NCBI GenBank assembly: GCA_027621365.1
Contig: JAQCBH010000001.1
Location: 200,724 to 264,723, forward strand
Source of the DNA: Bacteroidota bacterium
Lineage (GTDB): Bacteria > Bacteroidota > Bacteroidia > NS11-12g > UBA955
Length of the DNA: 64,000 nucleotides
Direction: 5' to 3'
The notes under the pieces are model-generated. The model searched no databases and was not told the origin of the DNA. It saw only the letters and a program-made list of their open reading frames with translations. Shown here piece by piece: positions 17,197 to 25,701 of this stretch. Made by a program: the position numbers and the translations under genes. The stretch's first letter is position 1; each line of letters begins with the position of its first letter.

Positions 17197-17220
17197 GCGT
17201 TTCCTAACGCCTAAATATTT

Positions 17221-17253
17221 GTCACCGTAGCTCGGCTGCGGTGACTTTTTTTT
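17221..17253 (+). terminator. Rho-independent terminator after rpsU
   Basis: Stem GTCACCG / CGGTGAC with loop tagctcggctg, followed by an 8-nt T tract. Confidence 0.7.
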
Positions 17254-17293
17254 GCCCAAATCACAAGCCACTATTCTCCCCTATTTTTGAGAC

Positions 17294-18160
17294 ATGCTAG
17301 AGGGGCTTGAAGGTTTCATACACTATGCGCAGCACAATCAACGGTTGAGCCTCCATACATGCAAAGCCTATCAAACAGATCTAGAGCAGTTTATTCCATT
17401 CGCCAATGACTTTGGCATTAGTACTTGGAGCGAGCTCAATGCTGCGAGTGTGCGGGCTTTCATGGCTGCCTGCATGAAAGAGGGGTTATCTGCCCGAAGC
17501 GTTCACCGAAAGGTTTCCAGCATTCGAGCTTTTGTGAGGTACGCTCGCAAAACCCAACTCCTCTCTCACGACCCCTTGAACGGGATTCAATTGCCTAAGA
17601 TGGCTAAAAAATTGGTCCAAGATATTCCCGCCCAAGATTTATGGAATCTCTTCCAACATTTTCCCTGGGAAGAACAGGAGCAAGGATGGAGAGACAAGTC
17701 ATTGCTTCTGACCTTGTACACCACAGGCATTCGATTGAGCGAGTTGATATCCCTCAAAATCCGAGACCTTGATTTTTCTCGCAATACCTTATCGGTGACT
17801 GGAAAACGAAACAAGGTTCGCCTCTTACCCCTACACCCAGAACTTCGAGAACAGCTCCTTGAACTTATAAAGGGGAAAGCAGCCAGCGATCCCCTCTTCC
17901 AGCTAGAGTCAGGAAAAGGGCTCTATCCTGTTTTTGTATACCGCTTGGTCAACCGCTACATCAAATTGTTTTCAGATGCCTCGAAAACCAGCCCACATGT
18001 ATTGCGGCATAGCTTTGCCACACACATGCTCAACAACGGAGCTGAGCTACTGGCCATCAAGGACTTATTAGGGCACAGCGGCCTCAATGCCACTCAGATC
18101 TACACCAAAAACAGCTTCGAAAAACTGAAGTCCATGCACAAGCTGCACCCTAGGAAATAA
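17294..18160 (+). CDS. Tyrosine site-specific recombinase (XerC/XerD-like)
   Basis: N-terminal SAM-like core-binding domain and a C-terminal catalytic domain carrying R...HxxR...Y (LRHSFATHML...GHSGLNATQIYT). The rpsU-recombinase-hpf order is conserved Bacteroidetes synteny. Confidence 0.8.
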   Translation: MLEGLEGFIHYAQHNQRLSLHTCKAYQTDLEQFIPFANDFGISTWSELNAASVRAFMAACMKEGLSARSVHRKVSSIRAFVRYARKTQLLSHDPLNGIQLPKMAKKLVQDIPAQDLWNLFQHFPWEEQEQGWRDKSLLLTLYTTGIRLSELISLKIRDLDFSRNTLSVTGKRNKVRLLPLHPELREQLLELIKGKAASDPLFQLESGKGLYPVFVYRLVNRYIKLFSDASKTSPHVLRHSFATHMLNNGAELLAIKDLLGHSGLNATQIYTKNSFEKLKSMHKLHPRK

Positions 18161-18370
18161 GCTCGACTCACCCTCTTTTTGACCAGGCTTACCTCTGTCG
18201 TTATTTGATATTCTTTGAACGACATAATTTGGATTTCTCCATTTAGTTTTTGAACTTTAAGATTGAAAGGCACTAAAAATGCCTAAGTCGCTCTGATGTT
18301 TATGGGCTCTTTTCGACGCTCATTGGCAGCAGAAAGGCTCTTTTTGTCTCACTTAACCCCTTTTTATTCC

Positions 18371-18661
18371 ATGGAAATCATCATTCAAAGCAGCCATGTA
18401 AAACCCAGTGACAGACTCGTAAAATTTGCCAAAATGCAAGTGGAACATTTGACCGAATTTTACAAAGATGCCATCTCCGCGACCATTTTTTTCAAACTCG
18501 AAAACGAGAAAGATGGCCTCAACAAACACGTTGAAATTCGACTTCACACACCCAAACACGATGTGTTCGCCAAAACTCGATCGAATCGCTTCGAAAAAGC
18601 CATACGCTTGAGCAACATAGCCGTTCGACGACAACTTCGAAAACTAAAGAAGGGGCGCTAG
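18371..18661 (+). CDS. hpf: Ribosome hibernation promoting factor (HPF/RaiA, short form)
   Basis: MEIIIQSSHVKPSDRLVKFAKMQVEHLTEFY... has the sigma-54 modulation protein/S30EA fold signature. The start was set to the internal Met; the ORF-track N-terminal extension is non-conserved. Confidence 0.85.
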   Translation: MEIIIQSSHVKPSDRLVKFAKMQVEHLTEFYKDAISATIFFKLENEKDGLNKHVEIRLHTPKHDVFAKTRSNRFEKAIRLSNIAVRRQLRKLKKGR

Positions 18662-18672
18662 CCCCTTTTTTT
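18649..18672. terminator. Bidirectional rho-independent terminator shared by hpf (+) and the ridA-like gene (-)
   Basis: Stem AGGGGC / GCCCCT with loop gcta, flanked by an A-rich run upstream and a T-rich run downstream. It overlaps the hpf stop codon. Confidence 0.7.
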
Positions 18673-19087
18673 ATATCGTTGCGATGACCTTCAATTCAAT
18701 GGCAATGGGCGTCGGTAGGCAATTGATTTCCAAGGTCGTTCTGCACGGTGGATTCTCGCCAAAGTACTCCGCCCACAATCGGTTGTAGGTAGGAAAGTCA
18801 TCTTTCATGTTGGTCAAGAAAACCGTCACGTCAACGATGTTGGTCCAAGAGCTGCCTGAGGCCTCCAAAATGTAACGGACATTTTGAAACACACTGCGGC
18901 ATTGAGTCTCAATGTCGTAAGACAGGATGGATCCGTTCTCGTCCAACTCTACACCCGGAATCACCTTGGTGCCTTTTTCTCGGGGGCCAACCCCAGATAG
19001 GAACAACAAGTTCCCTACTCGCTTAGCATGTGGATACAAGCCTACTGGCTCTGGCGCTTTGTCGCTGTTCAAACTTTCGCTGCTCAT
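18671..19087 (-). CDS. RidA/YjgF/TdcF family reactive-intermediate deaminase
   Basis: YjgF fold signature (PEPVGLYPHAKRVGNLLFLSGVGP...). Start placed at the internal Met MSSESLN. Confidence 0.85.
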   Translation of the reverse strand: MSSESLNSDKAPEPVGLYPHAKRVGNLLFLSGVGPREKGTKVIPGVELDENGSILSYDIETQCRSVFQNVRYILEASGSSWTNIVDVTVFLTNMKDDFPTYNRLWAEYFGENPPCRTTLEINCLPTPIAIELKVIATI

Positions 19088-19104
19088 GCGGCAAAGATAA
19101 CCGC

Positions 19105-20421
19105 TCAATATCGAACCTCTTGGTGTCTAAATTCAATGCCTTCGCTTGAGAGCATGGGCAGCAAATCTTCGTACCAATACGCACTCATGGGTCGATGCAA
19201 ACCGGGTTTTAGCCCGGGCTTGGTGATGGCCAGTTCGACAGCCATCGCCAAGGTCAAACCCACCGTTTTCGCCATGGCTGTGCGCGCCGCTGATGTTCCG
19301 TGAACCACCATACTGCTTTGGTAGTATTGACGATGGGTTTGCACCCGGTGAACCATAATCACTTCATCGCGGTCACTGCTCTCCAATTTCCAACGTGGCT
19401 CAAGCAGCGCCAACAAGCATTCAGCAGGAATACGGCTGGGCAATTCCCTCTCATCATCCAAGGGTATGTCCTGAATGCGCCGCCGCGTCTCAGCTGAAAC
19501 ATGTTGAGATTCCTGGCTCCAAGCTTCTATGGAAGCATATCCAGAAAATGATTGAAAGGCTTGCTGATAGGTTTGCACTGATTCGGGCCAAAGGGCTTGA
19601 TCCGAAACCCAGCCCCATTGCACCAATTGCTGCCAAGCCTGGCAAAAGTGATCCCGACGAAGGGTCCCCCTCAGCACGGTGTGCGCTGACTCCAAGCCAT
19701 AAGCCTCTACATAGGCCAAGCTATCGCGATTCGGATAGGCCTGCAACGTACCTGAACCCTCTATCTGAATGCTGCGAAAGGAATTGAAAACCTGATTCCC
19801 CACGCATTGCTGCACCTGCCCTTTTTCTAGCCAGGTAGAAGGCGCCCCTTGGCCCGCGCGAATCACATTCATGGGGTTCCAAGTGAACTTATATTGCCAG
19901 GGGTTATCCTTGCAGTCTTCCACTTGCACCAATCCGCCGCAATGGCTTTCAAATGACTGTATCTGCTCCCCCTTTTCTCTGAGTTCGTCCAAGAGCTGAA
20001 TGGCCGACAAATGATCGATACCCGGGTCCAGGCCCATTTCGTTCAAGACAAGTAGATTCTTGGCCTTTATCTCTGGCTCCAAACCCCTCATCTCCTCGCT
20101 TTCATAGGAAGCTGTAGCGAAATTAGCCCCTGCCGCAACGGCCAATTTGGCCAGTGGCATGTGCATGCTGGCCGGCAACAAACTGATGACCCATTGACAG
20201 GGCTCAATCAGGGCAGCCATGGCTTCGGCATCGTTCACATCACCGGTAACGTAGGTGACACCGGGAAGGGTGCCAAAACCCTCTTGAAGGGGCTTTAGTT
20301 GACGATCCATCACCCAAATCTCGGCACCCAATGACTCCGAGCGCTTGGCCAAATATTCGATGGCGAATCCCGCACTTTTCCCCGCGCCGACAATCAGAAT
20401 GCGCATTGGCTTTTTACCCAT
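19105..20421 (-). CDS. Saccharopine dehydrogenase NADP-binding family protein
   Basis: N-terminal Rossmann motif ILIVGAGKSAGFAIEYL with a Sacchrp_dh-like length and organisation. An alternative start at MRILIVG is possible. Confidence 0.75.
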   Translation of the reverse strand: MGKKPMRILIVGAGKSAGFAIEYLAKRSESLGAEIWVMDRQLKPLQEGFGTLPGVTYVTGDVNDAEAMAALIEPCQWVISLLPASMHMPLAKLAVAAGANFATASYESEEMRGLEPEIKAKNLLVLNEMGLDPGIDHLSAIQLLDELREKGEQIQSFESHCGGLVQVEDCKDNPWQYKFTWNPMNVIRAGQGAPSTWLEKGQVQQCVGNQVFNSFRSIQIEGSGTLQAYPNRDSLAYVEAYGLESAHTVLRGTLRRDHFCQAWQQLVQWGWVSDQALWPESVQTYQQAFQSFSGYASIEAWSQESQHVSAETRRRIQDIPLDDERELPSRIPAECLLALLEPRWKLESSDRDEVIMVHRVQTHRQYYQSSMVVHGTSAARTAMAKTVGLTLAMAVELAITKPGLKPGLHRPMSAYWYEDLLPMLSSEGIEFRHQEVRY

Positions 20422-20441
20422 AAACCCAAAGGTATAAAACT

Positions 20442-21209
20442 TTAGCTACGGCGAGCCATTTCGAACACCAACAAGGCAGCGGCGACCGAAACGTTTAAGC
20501 TATCAACTGCGCCCTGCATGGGAATTTGGATGTTCTGACCCTTGTCTTTCCAAAAATCGGAAACACCCTCGTGCTCCGTTCCGATCACAACAGCACAACC
20601 GGGACCCAAATCAGCCGTCCAGAAAGACTCCGACCGCTCCATAAAGGTGCTGTAAAGCCGGAGCTGCTGGGCCGCTATCTGAGTATAGGCCTCTTCAGCC
20701 GATACTACCCAAACGGGTACAGAAAAGACCGAACCAACTGAATTCCGGATAACCTGAGGATTGAATACATCGACTTTCGGGTCGCAAATGATGACTCCCT
20801 CAATTCCAGAGGCATCGACACTTCTCAATATGGCACCGAGATTTCCGGGTTTCTCCACCGACTCTACGACCAAATAACGGCCGTTCTTTGAAAGCTCGAA
20901 GGCCGAAGCTTGGGGTTGTTTCAGAACAGCCAAGGCTACTTGACCGCTTTTTCGAAGCACCAATTGAGAAAATAAGGAGGCGCTAAATTCGTATTGAAAG
21001 GGGAATCGCGAAGCCAAATCCTGGGCTTCAAATCCCATATCATTTGGCTGAATCCAATGTAGAGGTTCACATCTGCCGCGCAAGGCACATTCAATTTCAT
21101 GCATGCCCTCCACCAATACCACGTAGTCTTGCTTGCGCTTTATGCTCTTCTCCAACCACAGTTTGCACTGTTTGAAGAAAGGATTGCTTGGGCTGCTAAT
21201 GACTTGCAT
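20442..21209 (-). CDS. TrmH/SpoU family RNA 2'-O-methyltransferase
   Basis: SpoU methylase motifs (LVVESVEKPGNLGAILRSVDASG and IPMQGAVDSLNVSVAAALLVFE). The start was trimmed to the internal Met to avoid overlap with the upstream gene. Confidence 0.75.
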   Translation of the reverse strand: MQVISSPSNPFFKQCKLWLEKSIKRKQDYVVLVEGMHEIECALRGRCEPLHWIQPNDMGFEAQDLASRFPFQYEFSASLFSQLVLRKSGQVALAVLKQPQASAFELSKNGRYLVVESVEKPGNLGAILRSVDASGIEGVIICDPKVDVFNPQVIRNSVGSVFSVPVWVVSAEEAYTQIAAQQLRLYSTFMERSESFWTADLGPGCAVVIGTEHEGVSDFWKDKGQNIQIPMQGAVDSLNVSVAAALLVFEMARRS

Positions 21210-21210
21210 G

Positions 21211-21789
21211 TCAGGAGGCATTATCCCCACTGAGCCAGTCGGATTGGGAGGCATCTTCTTTGCTTCGGGTCCAAAGAGCGAAGGCAAACAAGAACAGACC
21301 GTTCAACAGGATTTGCATGGGCCAACCCGCCAACAATTCGGAAGGGCTGCCTGGGTTGCTTTTTTCGATAGCCCCCATGATTTCGTCTTTCGTGGCATCG
21401 TCCAGGGCATTTCCAAAGGCTTCAAACCCCTTGGCAGTGCTCTCCAAAAGAATGCTCTTGGTTTGGGCATTCAAACTCGTATCGACCAAGTTGTACAGCA
21501 CCAATTCGGAGCACACCGAAAGAAAAGTCGCCACCGTCAACACCAGCAAACCACTCAACAGGGCTTTGGCGTATCGAAACTCCGCCCCCCACATTTTGCG
21601 TTCAGTCGTTCCCGCCCAAACCACACCTAACATCAACAAGGCAAAAGAGCCAAATTGATAGGTAGGGGCAAAACGGATTTCCCAGTGCTCCAAGGTATAC
21701 AAGGTGAATTTCACCATAAACAGGACGGCTCCTGTTAAAAATCCATGAAAAACGGCAGGCCGTTTCCAAATAGGCAAGGCAGGCATCAT
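21211..21789 (-). CDS. Hypothetical membrane protein (DUF4199-like, Bacteroidetes-restricted)
   Basis: Four predicted TM helices, roughly 190 aa. The start is uncertain. Confidence 0.4.
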   Translation of the reverse strand: MMPALPIWKRPAVFHGFLTGAVLFMVKFTLYTLEHWEIRFAPTYQFGSFALLMLGVVWAGTTERKMWGAEFRYAKALLSGLLVLTVATFLSVCSELVLYNLVDTSLNAQTKSILLESTAKGFEAFGNALDDATKDEIMGAIEKSNPGSPSELLAGWPMQILLNGLFLFAFALWTRSKEDASQSDWLSGDNAS

Positions 21790-23057
21790 GCGCTCACTCC
21801 TTTCCAAACACCGCCACAAACCGTACCCCATACGCGGCCTTTCATCGCTTGATTTTTGTAAGGCACATTGGCCGCGATGCTGGAGCTATTGAATCCTACC
21901 ACGGTTTCCCCTTGGGCATCGAACAAGGTCAAATGGGCGACTTGACCTACTTGTAGGCTCAGGGAGTCCAACCCACAGAATTGGCGTGATCGGCGGTGCA
22001 AACATTCGACCAATTGATCCACATCCATGTTTGAATTAGCCTTTAGCAAAGCTGGCCAAAACAAGGGTAAGGTCGCAGCCCCATAAGGCGAATAATCAAA
22101 TTCAACCAAACTTGACTCGATGTCTTCGGGATGATGATTGGAAACTATCGCATCGATGGTTCCGTCTTTCAAACCTTCCCAAAGGGCCAAACGGTCTTCT
22201 TCGCTCCTTAGAGGAGGCAGTACTTTGAAGCATTCGTCAAATCCTTCTAAGGCCGAATCTGTTTCCAGTAAATTCAGCAAGGGAACCGAAGCCCAAACAG
22301 GCAAGCCTTCCGACTTCGCTTGACGAATCAATTCAACCGACTCTTTGCAGCTGATGGCCAAGACGCGAAGGGGGGCTCCCGTGTATCGCATCAATTCCAA
22401 ATCAGCCTGCAATTCCACGAATTCGGCCATCGATGGGATTCCTTTCAAGCCCAAACCTGCATTGACATTTCCTTCGTGCATCTTGGCTTCGCCTACCCAG
22501 CCCGACATACAGGGATGGGACCAGACTGACAGGTTCAGGGAATGGGCATATTGACGAGTTTTCAACCGAGAAGATTGCAGCGGGCTCGCGTGAATGCCGT
22601 CGCAAAAGGCATGGGCACCGGCTTGTTTCAACAGATGCATTTCGCTCAATTCTTTGCCTTCCCCTGATTCAGAGCACAAAGCCAGTGGCAGTATCTGACA
22701 AGCCAAATTCCTGCTGCGTTCCAAAACCGTCGAAACGGTTTCGGGTAAATCAGATTTGGGCTTGCGACCGCAGAGAGCCAACACTTGGGTAAATCCCGCT
22801 TCTTGAGCCGCGGCGCTGGCCGATTCCAACGATTCCTTCCAAGGCTCTCCTGGGTCAGGGATGCGGACAAAGGGATCCACCCAACCTGGACTCAACCAAG
22901 CCGATTGGCCATCAATGTCTTGATCGGAGGGTGTGCTAATATTTGGTGAAATCTCGGCAATCAACCCGTCTTCTATCCTCACATCGCATTGCTGCGCATG
23001 GAACGGGCTGTTCGGATCGGAAATGCGAATGTTTCGAATGGTAAGGCTACGGCTCAT
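21786..23057 (-). CDS. Dihydroorotase-like cyclic amidohydrolase family protein
   Basis: 423 aa with an amidohydrolase fold, including a C-terminal ...VSNHHPED... motif typical of dihydroorotase/allantoinase-type enzymes. Confidence 0.7.
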   Translation of the reverse strand: MSRSLTIRNIRISDPNSPFHAQQCDVRIEDGLIAEISPNISTPSDQDIDGQSAWLSPGWVDPFVRIPDPGEPWKESLESASAAAQEAGFTQVLALCGRKPKSDLPETVSTVLERSRNLACQILPLALCSESGEGKELSEMHLLKQAGAHAFCDGIHASPLQSSRLKTRQYAHSLNLSVWSHPCMSGWVGEAKMHEGNVNAGLGLKGIPSMAEFVELQADLELMRYTGAPLRVLAISCKESVELIRQAKSEGLPVWASVPLLNLLETDSALEGFDECFKVLPPLRSEEDRLALWEGLKDGTIDAIVSNHHPEDIESSLVEFDYSPYGAATLPLFWPALLKANSNMDVDQLVECLHRRSRQFCGLDSLSLQVGQVAHLTLFDAQGETVVGFNSSSIAANVPYKNQAMKGRVWGTVCGGVWKGVSA

Positions 23058-24891
23058 TTCGTTCTTTCAAAAATACGAAGATGGATTCGATTGAAAGGAA
23101 CAAAAGCGCCAGCCCCAAAAACAGCGCCGCCCAAGAAATCGAAACTGAATCCTCATTGATCAAACTCGACCAAGGTGGCAACCCTTGATCATTCCCCTTT
23201 ATTGGCAATCCCGGAGTCCCAAGACGCGGTTCATTCAAGGCCAGCATCTTGCTGTAGCCTGGACCCTGAATGCTGTACAAACCAGGTTTCAAAATCTTTT
23301 GGTTCAAGGGCAATTCCCATTGCCCAGCCCTTTTACGCATCTCGGGAACCAAACTGTCGGAAACACCCCTCAAACTCCAATGGGCGTTGCTGGATGACCC
23401 GGGTTTTACAACACCAATGGGCAAAACACTGTTGGGGCCCAAAACCCCGAACAAAGGTCCATCGGCCCAAGCCAACTGAAGAGCGGGCATCCCTAGTATT
23501 GCGACGGCCCAAGGTGAGGACAGAAAGTCAGCATCCTCTCCTCCCAACCAAAGAAATAAGCGACCGAAACCTTCCCGGCGAAGCAAATACAGCGGCGTTC
23601 CCTCTTCGGTTTTCAGAAGGAGTTCCCATTGGCTCAGTGCTTCAGCACTGGGCACCTGAGCCACTTGGAACGAGGGCAACTTGCGGTTGAAATTTTGGCC
23701 CACTTCACGAAACACATCCCGAAACAAGGGATGTTCCAGACCGGAGGCCGAAAGCACTTCCAAGTCGCGAGAGGTCGTCTCCATTTCAAAATCGAGATTC
23801 AGCAATTTTGCCGCTGAAACAGGGTCCAAACAAACCAAGGTAGCACCCTGCTGAAGAGAGGACTGAATGTTCTGCCATTCTTCCTGATTCCCTGTCGACC
23901 CTGACAAATAAGCCAAGTCAAAATCAGCCTCAACCGATTCAAAGCCATCGTAAGAACTCAACCAGCGTTGAGTAAATGGATGATTCCCCACACTTTTCAC
24001 CCTCAATTTGGGTTGCTGGGGGGCTGTCACATACAATCGATCATCAAACGACCATCCCGACGAAGTCAACTGAAACCAAGCACCTGATGCAGGAAGGGAG
24101 CCCCTCCATATCGCTTCGGCCCAGCCTTCTCCCCTTTCAGCGATTTCCAAACCCTGCATGGGCTTTCCACTGGCATCGTTCAAGGTCAACTCAGGCAAGG
24201 CATCTGATTCCTCAAATCCCTGGAGGCCCAATCGAATTTTATAAGCCGGACCTTCATCGGAATAGATTCGGTATACAGTATCTATTTGGGCATTCTGCAG
24301 GGGTTCATCCGAGCCATAAACCAAGCATTGCACCGCAGAATCTTCACATTGACCGAAGGCATCGCAGATGTAGAAAAAACGCGCCTCAGGATCGCGCAAC
24401 TCCTGGGCATAGGCTCGAAATTGCTGGAAAGACCACCGGGGCCACTCCTGAACGTACGATTGAATTTTGCGCTGAAGTTGTTGGGATGACAAGAGTTGAG
24501 AGCCCCACTGAGGCAAACAAAAACGGGCATCTTCTGGCGCTGCTGACAACCATCGACTCAAGTCCAGCTTGGCTTTTTCCGTCAGTCCCGATTCTCTCAT
24601 GCTCCCTGATTGATCGACGGCTATGTAATAGCGACGCGAGGATCCTTCTTTCGATTTTTGCATGGCCCACAAAAATCCAAGCACCAAAAAAAGCAGGGCC
24701 AAACTGCGCAACAGCAATAGCCATCGATGTCGCAAACGATCGGGATTTTGGCCTGATTGGGTCAGCATCTTCAATCGATGAACCCCGGGAAACAATAAAG
24801 TGGTGGAGCGGCGAATCTGTAGCCAATGAATCAACACGGGCAACAACACCAACAACAAAGCCCAGGACCACGTTTGCTGCAAAAAAGCCAT
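23047..24891 (-). CDS. Membrane protein with a BatA-type N-terminal (aerotolerance regulator N-terminal) domain
   Basis: The N-terminus MAFLQQTWSWALLLVLLPVLIHWLQIRR matches the BatA_N pattern. A DxSGS MIDAS-like motif (VDQSGSMRESG) follows, and there is a C-terminal TM helix. Confidence 0.5.
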   Translation of the reverse strand: MAFLQQTWSWALLLVLLPVLIHWLQIRRSTTLLFPGVHRLKMLTQSGQNPDRLRHRWLLLLRSLALLFLVLGFLWAMQKSKEGSSRRYYIAVDQSGSMRESGLTEKAKLDLSRWLSAAPEDARFCLPQWGSQLLSSQQLQRKIQSYVQEWPRWSFQQFRAYAQELRDPEARFFYICDAFGQCEDSAVQCLVYGSDEPLQNAQIDTVYRIYSDEGPAYKIRLGLQGFEESDALPELTLNDASGKPMQGLEIAERGEGWAEAIWRGSLPASGAWFQLTSSGWSFDDRLYVTAPQQPKLRVKSVGNHPFTQRWLSSYDGFESVEADFDLAYLSGSTGNQEEWQNIQSSLQQGATLVCLDPVSAAKLLNLDFEMETTSRDLEVLSASGLEHPLFRDVFREVGQNFNRKLPSFQVAQVPSAEALSQWELLLKTEEGTPLYLLRREGFGRLFLWLGGEDADFLSSPWAVAILGMPALQLAWADGPLFGVLGPNSVLPIGVVKPGSSSNAHWSLRGVSDSLVPEMRKRAGQWELPLNQKILKPGLYSIQGPGYSKMLALNEPRLGTPGLPIKGNDQGLPPWSSLINEDSVSISWAALFLGLALLFLSIESIFVFLKERNEP

Positions 24892-24916
24892 GCTCAGCTC
24901 CTGGTGGGGTTCACGA

Positions 24917-25537
24917 CTATGGGAACAACCCGTTCAAGGTAGATTGAACTTGGTCGATGATTTTGGCGTAATCGTCAGAATTCTCTTGGAAGTTCATATC
25001 GTCTACGTTGAAGATCAACAGCTTGCCCTTGTAATCACTGATCCAAGCTTCATAGCGCTCATTCAATCTTTTTAGATAGTCCAAGCGTATAGCATCTTCA
25101 TACTCGCGGCCTCGCATTTGAATTTGATCGACCAGTTTGGGAATACCCGCACGCAGATAAATCAACAAATCAGGGGCTTCAATCTGCCCAGAAATGGCTT
25201 CGAACAACTGACCGTAGTTTTCAAAATCACGGGTACTCATCAAACCCATGGAATGCAAGTTGGGAGCAAAAATATGGGCGTCTTCGTAGATGGTGCGGTC
25301 TTGAATGACCGTTTTCTTGCCCTTGCGAATGGCCTGAACATGGCGCCAACGGGTGGTCAAAAAGTACACCTGCAGGTTAAAACTCCAACGTTGCATGTCC
25401 TCGTAGAAGTCTGAAATGTATGGATTGTCATCCATGTCTTCCAATTGCAAGTCCCAATTGAAACTCTTGGCAAGCATATGCGTCAAGGTAGTTTTCCCTG
25501 CACCGATATTGCCTGCTACCGCTATGTGTTGAGCCAT
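24917..25537 (-). CDS. Deoxynucleoside kinase
   Basis: P-loop VAGNIGAGKTTL and the dNK family ERS/DRY-type motifs. Start placed at the internal Met MAQHIAV. Confidence 0.8.
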   Translation of the reverse strand: MAQHIAVAGNIGAGKTTLTHMLAKSFNWDLQLEDMDDNPYISDFYEDMQRWSFNLQVYFLTTRWRHVQAIRKGKKTVIQDRTIYEDAHIFAPNLHSMGLMSTRDFENYGQLFEAISGQIEAPDLLIYLRAGIPKLVDQIQMRGREYEDAIRLDYLKRLNERYEAWISDYKGKLLIFNVDDMNFQENSDDYAKIIDQVQSTLNGLFP

Positions 25538-25701
25538 ATTGCAATAATAGGCAGGCGAGCAAACCCGCTGCAAATCTTCTCAAAACAAAAGTTTTACACA
25601 CAGACGTGCACCCATTCGGCATTCGAGCATCGTACCTTTGAATGGTGAATCAGACAAGCCCGAAACCCTCCCAATGGAAATTGTTTCTACGCCTTTTAGA
25701 C

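Noticed and set aside
17294-18160. The tyrosine recombinase read as an integrase marking a mobile genetic element
   Set aside because: I found no flanking direct repeats, no tRNA integration site and no cargo genes. The rpsU-xerC-like-hpf order is a conserved housekeeping arrangement in Bacteroidetes.
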